Shown here piece after piece: positions 23,098 to 33,296 of a stretch of 64,000 nt of DNA. Numbering within the stretch: the stretch's first letter is position 1; each line of letters begins with the position of its first letter. The position numbers were made by a program, and so were the translations under genes. The notes below the pieces were generated by a model. The model was given only the letters and a program-made list of their open reading frames with translations, had not been told where the DNA came from and made no database searches. The stretch is from a bacterium (GTDB lineage Bacteria; Omnitrophota; Gorgyraeia; Zapsychrales; Zapsychraceae), in contig JAUIER010000002.1 in NCBI GenBank assembly GCA_030429765.1, positions 194,239 to 258,238 on the forward strand, in the 5' to 3' direction.

Positions 23098-24525
23098 CTA
23101 TTTTCCGCTGAGAAATTCCTTACCAAGCTTGATGAGATCCCGGGCCTTCTTCAGCGATTTCGCCTCAGAATACGCGCGCACCATCGGTTCTGTCCCCGAA
23201 GGACGCAGCATCAGCCAGCTTTCATCTTCACAGATAAGCTTGACCCCATCCTCGGACTTAACCTCGACAACCTTCTTACCGAGGAGACTGGGAACCTGCA
23301 TGAACTTTTCCTTATCGAACTTGAACCCATCCTTCAAATCGATCCCGGAGCGCTCGTAGTAGTACCGGCCGAACTCCTTTTCCATATCATTCAGCAGCTG
23401 CTTGATATTCTTGTTTTCGTAAACCATCATTTCCAGCAGCAATAGCCCCGCCAACGTCCCGTCCCGCTCTGGGATATAATCCTGAACCCCGATTCCACCG
23501 GCTTCTTCCCCGCCGGCGACAATTTCCTCAGTCACCATCAAGTCTGAGATGTATTTAAATCCCACCGCCGTCTCGTATAGCTTAAGATCCAGTTTATTGG
23601 CGATATGATCGATCATCGTCGTTCCGCACGTGGTTTTGACGACTCCGCCTTTGCGCCCACGATTGCGAACCAAATGAAGGATAACCAACCCCAATATCTT
23701 CTGCGGACTGATGTACTCTCCACCGGGTGCCGCCGCCGCGATTCGATCCGCATCACCGTCAAGAACCAGCCCAAGATCGAAATCCTCCGTCTTCATCTTT
23801 CTCAAAAGTTCCGGCAAATACTCAGCTATCGGTTCGGGTTTGACGCCCCCGAATGACGGATTGACATCATTATGCAGGTATTCCAGTTCAATCTGACTCC
23901 CCTTTATAACGTCCTGGAGAATGTCCCTCCCTGATCCGTACATCACATCCTGAATCACCTTGAACTTCGACTGCTTGATTCGCTTAAGATCAATGTACTT
24001 CTTCATGAATTTCTTATAGGCGATATTGAAGTTCTTAAACTGAATCATCCCTTCGTTCACCAGCTTTTCAAAATCGGCTTCCGGCACTGGCGATTTGCCT
24101 AAATATTTCTCGACGATATTGGTGATCTCCTCGGACGCGCCTCCGCCTTGGTCTGTCTTGATCTTGATTCCATTAAACTTGGCCGGATTATGGCTGGCGG
24201 TGATCATAACACCGCACACCCCCTTGATATCGACCACACCATAACTTAACGAAGGCGTTGGCAGGGCCCGATCGGAAAAAACCACTTCAATCCCATTTGC
24301 GGCCAAAACAGCCGCCACGGCCTGCGAAAACTCCAACCCCAAAAACCGAGCGTCATACCCCAAAGCCACACGTTTGGTTCCGTCCCGCTCGCTTAAATCC
24401 TTGTTGATCCAGTCACTCATCGCCTGAGCAACGATCCGGACATTTTCAAATGTAAAGTTGTCGGCAATCACCCCTCGCCAACCATCTGTCCCGAATTTGA
24501 TCTGCTTTCGAATATTTTTTTTCAT
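23098..24525 (-). CDS. Phosphoglucomutase/phosphomannomutase family protein
   Basis: FGTDGWRG, TASHNP phosphoserine loop, DGDADR metal loop, RPSGTEP. Confidence 0.92.
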   Translation of the reverse strand: MKKNIRKQIKFGTDGWRGVIADNFTFENVRIVAQAMSDWINKDLSERDGTKRVALGYDARFLGLEFSQAVAAVLAANGIEVVFSDRALPTPSLSYGVVDIKGVCGVMITASHNPAKFNGIKIKTDQGGGASEEITNIVEKYLGKSPVPEADFEKLVNEGMIQFKNFNIAYKKFMKKYIDLKRIKQSKFKVIQDVMYGSGRDILQDVIKGSQIELEYLHNDVNPSFGGVKPEPIAEYLPELLRKMKTEDFDLGLVLDGDADRIAAAAPGGEYISPQKILGLVILHLVRNRGRKGGVVKTTCGTTMIDHIANKLDLKLYETAVGFKYISDLMVTEEIVAGGEEAGGIGVQDYIPERDGTLAGLLLLEMMVYENKNIKQLLNDMEKEFGRYYYERSGIDLKDGFKFDKEKFMQVPSLLGKKVVEVKSEDGVKLICEDESWLMLRPSGTEPMVRAYSEAKSLKKARDLIKLGKEFLSGK

Positions 24526-24548
24526 AGGTTTCCTCTGCGTTAACCGAA

Positions 24549-25121
24549 TCAGCGATATATCTGATGTTTCTCTATGTACTTGTAAACCTTTTCTGGAAGC
24601 ATGTAGCGAACTTCCTTGCCGGCCTTGATCCGTTGGCGGATCGTTGACGAGGCGATATCTATATCCGGCATTTCGACAACCCGGTAGTCAATTTTACTCT
24701 TGACCAGCGGACACCCTGGACGGTTTACACAAACAAATGTGACGAGTTTGGTTAAATCCTCTATCCGTTTCCAGTCTTTGAGACCAGGAATATTATCGCT
24801 GCCGATCAGAAAGTAAAATCGGTCAATCCCGGGATGTTTTTGCCTTAACTGCTCAACCGTGTCAATCGAATAGGACCGTCCCTCGCGTCTTACCTCGACC
24901 GCACTGGCCTTAAAATGAGGGTACAAAGCCACGGCCCGTTTGACCAATTCATAGCGGACAGCCCCCTCAATAATATTGTTCTTTCGTGCGTTGACCGGAA
25001 TATTCGACGGGATAAAAATCACACCGTCCAACCGCAACGCCTCATATGCCGCCTGCGCCAAAGCCAGATGGCCGTTATGAATCGGATTAAACGTTCCGCC
25101 GAAAATCCCTACTCGCTTCAT
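24549..25121 (-). CDS. nadD: Nicotinate-nucleotide adenylyltransferase
   Basis: GGTFNPIHNGH, SYSIDT, IASSTIR. Confidence 0.93.
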   Translation of the reverse strand: MKRVGIFGGTFNPIHNGHLALAQAAYEALRLDGVIFIPSNIPVNARKNNIIEGAVRYELVKRAVALYPHFKASAVEVRREGRSYSIDTVEQLRQKHPGIDRFYFLIGSDNIPGLKDWKRIEDLTKLVTFVCVNRPGCPLVKSKIDYRVVEMPDIDIASSTIRQRIKAGKEVRYMLPEKVYKYIEKHQIYR

Positions 25122-26383
25122 TACTTTGTCTGACCGCTTCCATGAATCTCGTACTTGTAGGTGGTCAATTCCTCCAATGCCATCGGTCCGCGCGCGTGTA
25201 GTTTATCGGTACTGATCCCCACTTCAGCGCCGAAGCCAAATTCATAGCCATCCGTGAAACGGGTGGACGCATTCACGTAAACACTGGATGAATCAACTGC
25301 TTTAAGAAATAAATCGGCTTCCTTTTTGTTCTTTGTAACAATGGCATCCGAATGACTGGAGCCGTAGGTATTGATATGATCAATCGCTTGCGCCGTGTCG
25401 TCCACAACCCTGACCGCGAGGATCAGATCCAAATATTCTTCCGGCCAATCGGACTCCTTGGCCGGCTTTGCCTTAGACTTCAAGATTTTGACGGTTGATT
25501 TATCTCCGCGAATCTCCACCCCGTGTTCAATCAGTTCGTCAGCGACCTTCGGTAAAAATTTTTCGGCAACCCCTCGATGCACCAGCATCGTTTCCATGGC
25601 ATTGCATACGCCGGGACGTTGCACCTTTGCGTTAACACAGATCTGCTGCGCCATCGTCAAATCCGCTTTATCGCTCACATACGTATGACACACCCCTTTA
25701 TAATGTTTAACGACGGGAATGTGTGAATGTTCCGCCACAAAACGGATCAAACCCTCGCCTCCACGCGGTACTATCAAATCCACATAGTCGCTCTGCTTCA
25801 GCAGAATATTGACCGATTCCCGGTCCGTTGAAGCAACCTGAACAATCGCTTCGACAGGAACGTCTGAATCTTTCAGGGCGTCTTTAATAACTTTGAATAT
25901 CGCCTTGTTGGAGTAGTAGGCTTCCTTGCCGCCCTTGAGGATAACGGCATTTCCAGACTTGAGACAAAGTCCGATACAGTCGCTGGTAACATTCGGCCGG
26001 GATTCGTAGATAATGCCGATCACCCCGATTGGTGTGCGAACTTTCTTAATCTTCAGACCATTCGGACGCTCAAACGTCTTGATGACCTCACCCACAGGGT
26101 CTTTGATCTTCATGGTATCTTTCAGGCATTGAACCATGCCGGCGATACGCTTGTCATTCAGGAGCAGGCGATCAACAAGCGCGGCTGAATAATTTTCTTT
26201 CTCCGCGGCCTTGATATCTTTGCGGTTCTCTTTGACCAGATAATCGACATTATCCTGAATGCCGCGGATCATTCGCTTGAGCGCGTCATTTTTCTGACGC
26301 GTCGACAGCAAGGCCATGGCCTGTGCGGCCCGTTTGGCCTGTTGAACCGATTTCACTATTTTCTGACTCAAATCCCGACTCAT
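25121..26383 (-). CDS. proA: Gamma-glutamyl phosphate reductase
   Basis: IYESRPNVT, VCNAMET, NASTRFTDG, STDKLHARGP. Confidence 0.96.
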   Translation of the reverse strand: MSRDLSQKIVKSVQQAKRAAQAMALLSTRQKNDALKRMIRGIQDNVDYLVKENRKDIKAAEKENYSAALVDRLLLNDKRIAGMVQCLKDTMKIKDPVGEVIKTFERPNGLKIKKVRTPIGVIGIIYESRPNVTSDCIGLCLKSGNAVILKGGKEAYYSNKAIFKVIKDALKDSDVPVEAIVQVASTDRESVNILLKQSDYVDLIVPRGGEGLIRFVAEHSHIPVVKHYKGVCHTYVSDKADLTMAQQICVNAKVQRPGVCNAMETMLVHRGVAEKFLPKVADELIEHGVEIRGDKSTVKILKSKAKPAKESDWPEEYLDLILAVRVVDDTAQAIDHINTYGSSHSDAIVTKNKKEADLFLKAVDSSSVYVNASTRFTDGYEFGFGAEVGISTDKLHARGPMALEELTTYKYEIHGSGQTK

Positions 26384-26386
26384 GTC

Positions 26387-27475
26387 TTATCGCTCACTCA
26401 GAACTAAATTGTCTACGTGTATGACTTCGAGTTTTTCCTTGTTATCCGCGGCCTTTTGCAGCGCGGCATCCGAACAATTCACCAGACCACGGGCGATCTC
26501 TAGATCGTCCTGGTCCTTGATGATCACCACATCATCCTTCTTAAAATGACCATCCCACGCCGAAACACCGACGAGCAACAAACTATTTCCACCTTTAAGA
26601 AGCGCCGTCTTAGCCCCCTTATCGACAATGACCACACCTTTGGGTTTCGCTCCGAAGGATATCCAGTGTTTGCGCGCCAGCAACTTCTCTTCTTTTTCAA
26701 CAAACAGCGTCCCGATACGTTCCCCCTTCAAAATCCGGGTGAGCACATTTTCGGTCTCGCCGTTGGCAATGATACACGGTATCTTGGCATGGGAGGCAAT
26801 CTTGACGGCATCAAGCTTGGCTGTCATCCCGCCTTTAGACATCTGTTTATTGCTGGTACCTCCCGCGATCCCTTCAATCTCACGGGTAATCTCTTTGATC
26901 TCTTCAAACACTTTCTTTTGTCCGCTTTTAACTTCGTAAAGCCCCTCGACATCGGACAGGATGAGCAACAAATCCGCCTGGATCAAACTGGCCACCAGGG
27001 CCGACAATTTATCGTTGTCGCCGAATTTAATTTCGTCCGTAGATATTGTATCATTTTCGTTAACAATCGGGATGATTTTCCAATCGAACATCGCGCGGAA
27101 GGTTGAGCGCGCATTATTATATCGCAGCCGATTATCAAAGTCGTCCCAGGTCAGCAGAATCTGGGCACAGGTACTGTCGTTCTTTTTGAAGAATTCGTTG
27201 TAACGGTTCATCAGAACCGTTTGTCCCACAGCAGAGATGGCCTGAAGCGAGGCCAGATCGGCCGGCCGGAGTTTCTGGCTGAGCTCTCCCATCCCCAGAA
27301 CAATCGCACCGGAGCTCACCAGCACCACATCAATACCCTTTTTCTGGACCTTGCAGATTTCCTCGACGAGGGATCTTAATTGAGCTACCCGCGGCTTCAT
27401 TTTATAAGTCGCGATCACACTGGATCCGACCTTAATTACGATTCGCTTGATGGGTCTTGGGAATTTTCTGGGCAT
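26387..27475 (-). CDS. proB: Glutamate 5-kinase with PUA domain
   Basis: VIKVGSS, VSSGA, NENDT, FGDNDKLSA, GGMTAK. Confidence 0.96.
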   Translation of the reverse strand: MPRKFPRPIKRIVIKVGSSVIATYKMKPRVAQLRSLVEEICKVQKKGIDVVLVSSGAIVLGMGELSQKLRPADLASLQAISAVGQTVLMNRYNEFFKKNDSTCAQILLTWDDFDNRLRYNNARSTFRAMFDWKIIPIVNENDTISTDEIKFGDNDKLSALVASLIQADLLLILSDVEGLYEVKSGQKKVFEEIKEITREIEGIAGGTSNKQMSKGGMTAKLDAVKIASHAKIPCIIANGETENVLTRILKGERIGTLFVEKEEKLLARKHWISFGAKPKGVVIVDKGAKTALLKGGNSLLLVGVSAWDGHFKKDDVVIIKDQDDLEIARGLVNCSDAALQKAADNKEKLEVIHVDNLVLSER

Positions 27476-28431
27476 AGGATTTCAATAACTCGATCGACAA
27501 GCTCGTTAAGCCCGCGCTGTTCCAGAGCGGAAACTTCAATAACCTTGATATCTTTGTACTTTTTTCGGAAACGGGCCAGATGCGCTTCGGCCCCGTCTAT
27601 ATCCATTTTGTTGACGACAACCAGCTTTTCTTTGGCCGTCAGCCGCCGTCCGTATTCTCGAATCTCATGCTCGATCTTTTCGTAATCCTCCAGCGGATCG
27701 CGGCCTTCGGTACCGGCCATATCGATCATATGAATCAGAATCTTGGTCCGCTCAGCATGCCTCAGAAACCGGTCACCCAGCCCCTTGCCTTTGTGAGCCC
27801 CCTCGATAATTCCGGGTAAATCGGCGACAATAAAATCAAATTCTTCAGTTTTGACAATGCCCAGGATTGGCTTTTTGGTGGTAAAGGGGTAATTGGCGAT
27901 CTTGGATTTGACCTTGGAAATGCTTGATATCAGCGTCGATTTGCCGGCATTTGGAAAACCGACAATTCCAACATCCGCAATTAACTTCAGCTCAAAGCCA
28001 AGCGTGCGCTCCCCGCCCTTGGTCGGTGGAACAGGAATTTTGCGCCGCATGTTGCCGATTCCGCCCAGACCGCCTTTGGCCACAATCACACTTTGCTGGT
28101 CCTGAGTCAGATCTTTAATGAGCAAATTCGTATCTAAGTCACGAACAATCGTTCCGATCGGCACCTTAAGGACACAATCCTTGCCCGATCTTCCCTTTTT
28201 GCCCTTGCTGCTGGCGTGCCCCCCGTTGGGAGCTTGATAATGCTGTTTGTATTTGAAGTCCAGAAGGGTTTGAATTCGTTTGTCGGCCTGTAGAACGATG
28301 TTGCCGCCATTTCCGCCATCGCCGCCATCCGGCCGCGGATGACGCATCCGCTTGTCGCGATAATAGCTTTCACATCCATTCCCTCCGTTACCGGCCTTGA
28401 CAAATATTCTGGCCTCGTCGACGAATATCAT
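27436..28431 (-). CDS. obg: GTPase Obg/CgtA (short, no C-terminal OCT domain)
   Basis: Gly-rich Obg fold (GNGGNG, DGGDGG), G1 GFPNAGKS, YPFTT, DLPG, NKMD. Confidence 0.96.
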   Translation of the reverse strand: MIFVDEARIFVKAGNGGNGCESYYRDKRMRHPRPDGGDGGNGGNIVLQADKRIQTLLDFKYKQHYQAPNGGHASSKGKKGRSGKDCVLKVPIGTIVRDLDTNLLIKDLTQDQQSVIVAKGGLGGIGNMRRKIPVPPTKGGERTLGFELKLIADVGIVGFPNAGKSTLISSISKVKSKIANYPFTTKKPILGIVKTEEFDFIVADLPGIIEGAHKGKGLGDRFLRHAERTKILIHMIDMAGTEGRDPLEDYEKIEHEIREYGRRLTAKEKLVVVNKMDIDGAEAHLARFRKKYKDIKVIEVSALEQRGLNELVDRVIEILCPENSQDPSSES

Positions 28432-28441
28432 GAATCAACGA

Positions 28442-28753
28442 TTACGCAGCAATCTTTTGGATGCTGAGTGAAGTCAATTTTTGGCGATGTCCGATTTTGG
28501 ATGAAGAATCTTTACGGCGTCGGTATTTGAACGCGGTGACTTTGTTGTCCTGACCGTGCTTGACCACCGTGGCCTTAACTTTGACATCTTTGAGGAACGG
28601 CTGCCCCACCCGCACATCGGATCCCTTCGCAAAAACCAAAACCTTATCTAGAGTAATATCTTTTCCTTCGTCCTCGTGAATTCGATTCGTGTCGATCACA
28701 TCGCCTTCCGAAATTTTGTACTGAAATGATCCAATTTGAACAACCGCAAACAT
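28442..28753 (-). CDS. rplU: 50S ribosomal protein L21
   Basis: MFAVVQIG...KYRRRK...GHRQ; AGGAGG RBS before the ATG at 28753. Confidence 0.96.
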   Translation of the reverse strand: MFAVVQIGSFQYKISEGDVIDTNRIHEDEGKDITLDKVLVFAKGSDVRVGQPFLKDVKVKATVVKHGQDNKVTAFKYRRRKDSSSKIGHRQKLTSLSIQKIAA

Positions 28754-28882
28754 GTCAAGCCTCCTAAGATACAGATATGATTGAAAAACAGGCATTGATT
28801 CAATAGAATCGCCCGTATTAGTCCTAATATGAAGACTATAATTTAATGGAAATTAGGTGAATTTGCAACAAAAATCTTATGG

Positions 28883-30223
28883 CTAGGTGGCAAATTTGAC
28901 CCGACCTCGACCGTCGCAATAGGGACATTTCTTGAAAGAAATCGATTCGATGGTCTTACCTGTCCGGGCTCGGGTCATCTCAACCAGCCCCAACGGCGAG
29001 ATCTTGTAGACCTCGGTCTTGGCATGATCGCGGGCCAACGCCTTCTGTAAAGCATCCAGCACCTTACGTTTATGTTCTTCACGCGTCATGTCGATAAAAT
29101 CGATCACGATGATACCCCCTAAATCCCTCAGCCGCAACTGGCGAGCAATCTCGGGTACCACCTCCATGTTGACCATAAAGGCCGCCTCACCGGGTGAGGC
29201 CTTGGTCTTGAATTTGCCGCTGTTCACATCGACAACGATCAAGCCCTCGGTGGGTTCAATGACAACGTAGGCGCCGGATTTTACATAGACATTGGTGTCA
29301 TAGATCTTGTTGAGCTCTTTCGAGACATTCTTGGCATCAAACAACGGCGTTTTGCCTTCGTACAGCTCGATCTTATTGACCATCGTCCGGCCGATTAAGG
29401 TCTGAACAAACTTACGAATCCGTTGGTATTGATCTTCATTGTCGATGATGAGTTTATCAACTTTATCTGTGAGATAATCCCGTACAATCTTCCAGGTCAA
29501 CTCTCCCTCTTCGTAAATCAAAGCAGGAGCTTTAACCTCTTCCGACTTTTTGAAGATCTTCTGCCAGATACTGTAAAGAAACTTGGCGTCGCGGTTGAGT
29601 TCGCGTTTGCCCTGCTTCTTGGAGGCTGTTCGAATGATGAATCCACCGGTCTTGGCAAAGCCGAATCCTTTGATGACTTCGCGCAGCCGTTGGCGCTCTT
29701 CCGAACTGTCAATTTTTTTGGAAACTCCCGTTTGGTAATCAAACGGCATGTAGACGACAAATCGTCCCGGAAGGGTAATGTGCGTGGTTAGACGAGCCCC
29801 CTTCTCACCAAACGGGTCTTTCACAACCTGCACCAAAATTTCCTGACCGACTTTCAGCGGCAAGGTCTTTGATTTGTGATTGTAACGCTGCCCGGCTTTG
29901 GCAGATTTCTTTGAAGGCTCTTTTTCTTTTTTGGAACGGCCCAGAATCTTATCAATAAGACTCCGGGGCTCCAGTTCCTGTTCTACATCTATACGAGGGC
30001 TGACGACGTCGGTCAGATACAAAAATCCGTTGCGTTCTTTACCAATGTTGACAAATGCTGCATTAATAGAAGGAAGGATCGATTCAACCTTCCCCTTGTA
30101 GATGTTTCCCAGCAGAGATTGATACCGATCGACCTCAATGTGAAAATCATCTACATGTCCATTTTCTATAATCGCAACAAGTCGCTCGCCCCTTTGGGTT
30201 TGAATAAGTATTTCTCGCGACAA
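28883..30223 (-). CDS. rng: Ribonuclease G (Rne/Rng family)
   Basis: GNIYKGKV S1 domain, DVNSG, IVIDFIDM, C-terminal CPYC; TTG start. Confidence 0.92.
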   Translation of the reverse strand: MSREILIQTQRGERLVAIIENGHVDDFHIEVDRYQSLLGNIYKGKVESILPSINAAFVNIGKERNGFLYLTDVVSPRIDVEQELEPRSLIDKILGRSKKEKEPSKKSAKAGQRYNHKSKTLPLKVGQEILVQVVKDPFGEKGARLTTHITLPGRFVVYMPFDYQTGVSKKIDSSEERQRLREVIKGFGFAKTGGFIIRTASKKQGKRELNRDAKFLYSIWQKIFKKSEEVKAPALIYEEGELTWKIVRDYLTDKVDKLIIDNEDQYQRIRKFVQTLIGRTMVNKIELYEGKTPLFDAKNVSKELNKIYDTNVYVKSGAYVVIEPTEGLIVVDVNSGKFKTKASPGEAAFMVNMEVVPEIARQLRLRDLGGIIVIDFIDMTREEHKRKVLDALQKALARDHAKTEVYKISPLGLVEMTRARTGKTIESISFKKCPYCDGRGRVKFAT

Positions 30224-30339
30224 GGCTTAACCTAAAAATCCTTTCTTCATGAATTGTCAATGATCCAGAGAACTCCGTTCAACAAACACTTTCTCCGGCT
30301 TGTCCATGATATAAACTTTTTGTGCCGCAAAGTGAAATA

Positions 30340-31701
30340 CTATCGTCCTGAAGCTAATTCAGGGGTCACGATATGCGGCGTGATAAATATTACCAAATCT
30401 GTCTTTGTTACAGAAGACTCGGTCTTCGTGAAGGCCAGACCCAAGATCGGCACATCACCAAGAATTGGTGTTTTCTTCTTTGTTTCTGTAACCTGGTCCG
30501 TGATGAGACCGGCGATAACCAATGTGTCACCGTCCTTGACCATAACGCGTGTTGTGGTCGACTCATTGCTCAGACGCGGCAATGTGGTATTTTCGACGGT
30601 TACAAAATCCAGAATGGCTGTAATTTTCGGCTGGACGTCCAATGTCACGTAGCCGGCATTGTTGACATGCGGCGTCACATTGAAGATGATCCCGATATCC
30701 TTGTATTCCCAACCGGATACCTGCAAACGGGCTTGTTCCTCGTTATACGTGTATGTCGGGATCGGATACTGGCTTCCGACCGTAATTTCAGCTGGTTGGT
30801 TATCCAGCGTCACAATTCTCGGATTCTGTAATATATCAGTATCGCTACGAGATTTCAAGAGTTCAAATGCTGCCTGAACCTGAGAGAAATTGAGCGTTCC
30901 ATAACTGAATTCCGTATTCGCGTTTCCGGCTGTGGTATCCGGCCCAGGGAATGGATCGGTGGCAAAGCGATTATCTGACCCATTACTGTCAAATGGCCAT
31001 GTAATCGGCCGTTGAGAACCGGCTGCGGTGGCCTGAGTGATCCAGTCAATCCCCAGATTTTCAGCATCCGTGAAGTTCGTTTCCACGATTTTGGCCTCAA
31101 TCAGGACCTGAGGTGTTGTTCGGTCCAATTTCTCGATCACATCACCCATAAGTGCAATCTGTTGAGGAGTATCGCTTACAATAATAGTATTAGTGCGTTC
31201 GTCAAAATTGATACTTCCTCGATCAGATTTCATTTTGTCGATGGATTCGATGATTTCTGAGGCACGGCCGAAATTCAGTACAAATGTTTCGGTTTCAAGT
31301 GGAATCTGCTCGGCCAGCAGCAAGGCGTCTTCGCGGCGTTGTTTGAGATTTTCAACCGTCGTAACCACGACGATGTTGCCTTTTTGCTCATATGCATATC
31401 CGTACGTCTGCACGATAACGTCCAAGGCTTCTTGCCATGGAACATCATTCAATTGAATCGAGACAACCCCCTGCACCTCAGGGCTGGCGACAATGTTGAC
31501 CCCGCTCTTGAATGACAGGATCTTGAAAACATTGCGAATGTCCGCATCACGAAAGTCAAAACTGACATTGCCACTTTCAGACATCGAGACGGCATCCGAC
31601 GGGATGTTCTGTGCGGCCGGCGCGGTTCCGCCCGACTGAGCATATCCGTAGGTGCTCACGCACATTACTGCGGCTGCGGTTAACAACACTTTTTTAAACA
31701 T
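30340..31701 (-). CDS. pilQ: Type IV pilus secretin, compact and without AMIN domains
   Basis: Signal peptide, FRDADIRNV N0 domain, QVLIEAKIVE, PILGDVPILGLAF, LVIFITPHIV; last gene of a pilMNOP block. Confidence 0.88.
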   Translation of the reverse strand: MFKKVLLTAAAVMCVSTYGYAQSGGTAPAAQNIPSDAVSMSESGNVSFDFRDADIRNVFKILSFKSGVNIVASPEVQGVVSIQLNDVPWQEALDVIVQTYGYAYEQKGNIVVVTTVENLKQRREDALLLAEQIPLETETFVLNFGRASEIIESIDKMKSDRGSINFDERTNTIIVSDTPQQIALMGDVIEKLDRTTPQVLIEAKIVETNFTDAENLGIDWITQATAAGSQRPITWPFDSNGSDNRFATDPFPGPDTTAGNANTEFSYGTLNFSQVQAAFELLKSRSDTDILQNPRIVTLDNQPAEITVGSQYPIPTYTYNEEQARLQVSGWEYKDIGIIFNVTPHVNNAGYVTLDVQPKITAILDFVTVENTTLPRLSNESTTTRVMVKDGDTLVIAGLITDQVTETKKKTPILGDVPILGLAFTKTESSVTKTDLVIFITPHIVTPELASGR

Positions 31702-31703
31702 TT

Positions 31704-32096
31704 TTACTCCTCCTTTTTGAGCTTGAGCTTGAACACCTGCTGTCCTTTTTCAAGGACCACCCAGTCATCGGTGATCTCTTTGACAAGATACTGACCGATT
31801 TTGTCCGACGCCCTGACGATTTTTCCGTTAATCATGGCAATATTTCCCGCCGACCCTGACATAATTCCCTGCAGAGACAGATCAGTCAGCAACAAATCGT
31901 TTTCATAGTTGTTGATTGAACCTTCTGGCCCCACAAGTTCCCAGAATGGATCACGCTTGCCATTGTCATTGTATGTAAACCCCTCGTTTTCCTCCGCAGC
32001 TGCATTAAGTCCTATCCCCAATAAACCCAGGGCCAGCATCAATGACACGCTTTCCCGACGTGAAAATCTGATTTTCAGCTTCTTAAAGTTCTTCAT
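31704..32096 (-). CDS. PilP-like alignment protein
   Basis: N-terminal hydrophobic segment, KRDPF motif and LQGIM...AMING beta domain; between pilO and pilQ. Confidence 0.7.
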   Translation of the reverse strand: MKNFKKLKIRFSRRESVSLMLALGLLGIGLNAAAEENEGFTYNDNGKRDPFWELVGPEGSINNYENDLLLTDLSLQGIMSGSAGNIAMINGKIVRASDKIGQYLVKEITDDWVVLEKGQQVFKLKLKKEE

Positions 32097-32673
32097 AGAC
32101 TATCGACTCCAACGTAAGTTTGATCACATGCTCCCGCTTATCTCCCGACGACGCCACCATCATCGTCTTCACTTTTAGGAATATTCCGCCTTTCTCCACC
32201 GCATCGATAAATTTACCAAAGTTGTGGTAACCCGCCCGCGCTTCTATTTCTATCGGCATGGAATAATAGACTCGATCTTCATTCTCCAGAATAATTTCCG
32301 AATCGATGTTATTCGGCATAATTTGATTGATCTTAACGTCATGTTTTAAAGCGATTTGCGACAAATGCTCAAGAATCAATGGCACCTCTTCCCGCAACTC
32401 CATCTTGCCATTCTCATCCGCGATTTTGGCCTCCAGACCAGCCATCTGCTTCTTGTACTGAGGTAAACGCTGGATGTCAGTCTTTGCTCTGGAAATATCA
32501 TCGCTTAACTTTTTAATCTCAGGATTTATCTTCGTCAGTGTAGCCAACTGCGGACGCATCAACACAAAGTAGTCCAGCAAAAAGACGACCAGCAAAATCC
32601 CGCCGAGAATATAGTAGATCGTTTTATCATCGAGTTTTTCGACCGTTGATGATATCTTTTCTTTCACGTCCAT
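32083..32673 (-). CDS. pilO: Type IV pilus assembly protein PilO
   Basis: TM helix, coiled coil, PIEIEARAGYHNFGKF motif. Confidence 0.85.
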   Translation of the reverse strand: MDVKEKISSTVEKLDDKTIYYILGGILLVVFLLDYFVLMRPQLATLTKINPEIKKLSDDISRAKTDIQRLPQYKKQMAGLEAKIADENGKMELREEVPLILEHLSQIALKHDVKINQIMPNNIDSEIILENEDRVYYSMPIEIEARAGYHNFGKFIDAVEKGGIFLKVKTMMVASSGDKREHVIKLTLESIVYEEL

Positions 32674-32675
32674 AA

Positions 32676-33296
32676 CTATTCGCCCGCCTTTTGATCTTCG
32701 TCTTCTTCGTTAGCCTTGGCAATTTTTGTCGTGATGAGAAAGTCAGCGATATCAATCTTACCCTGTGATCGTCGCTGAATAGAGCCCAACTCAAGTTCTG
32801 ACAATCCCACAAAAAACAACGGATGCTTCTTGAGCTTCGCCGTAAAATTGTGCACGCTGATCATTTCGTTCTGCTGACGGGAAATCGCGCTTCCCTCAAT
32901 AAAGAACATCTCATCATTCAACGCAATCTTAGATAACCACACCCCGCGAGGCATATTGTCACTGATGGCGTTTAATTTTTGCGCCCAGAGGATCACTTCT
33001 CCTCCAGAAATGGCGGCAATATCTTTATATTTATTCTGCAGTAGACGCATTTCCTTGACGACCTCATCCGCCTGCTGCTTCTGCGGCTCGATCTGGGCCC
33101 ACTCCGCTTTGAGCTGCTTGTGTTGCTTGAGTTTGGTCACATTGACCATCAATAGCCCAACGTGAGCCAAAATAAGTAGAAACAACAATCCTCCGGCCGA
33201 ACCGATCACCACCTCCAGAGGTATTTTCATTCCTCCCAACAATTGCTTCTTCTTTTTCTTTTTCAGATTTGGCGGTAATAAATTAATCGTTATCAT
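32676..33296 (-). CDS. pilN: Type IV pilus assembly protein PilN
   Basis: N-terminal INLLP motif, TM helix, P.GVWL. Confidence 0.88.
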   Translation of the reverse strand: MITINLLPPNLKKKKKKQLLGGMKIPLEVVIGSAGGLLFLLILAHVGLLMVNVTKLKQHKQLKAEWAQIEPQKQQADEVVKEMRLLQNKYKDIAAISGGEVILWAQKLNAISDNMPRGVWLSKIALNDEMFFIEGSAISRQQNEMISVHNFTAKLKKHPLFFVGLSELELGSIQRRSQGKIDIADFLITTKIAKANEEDEDQKAGE

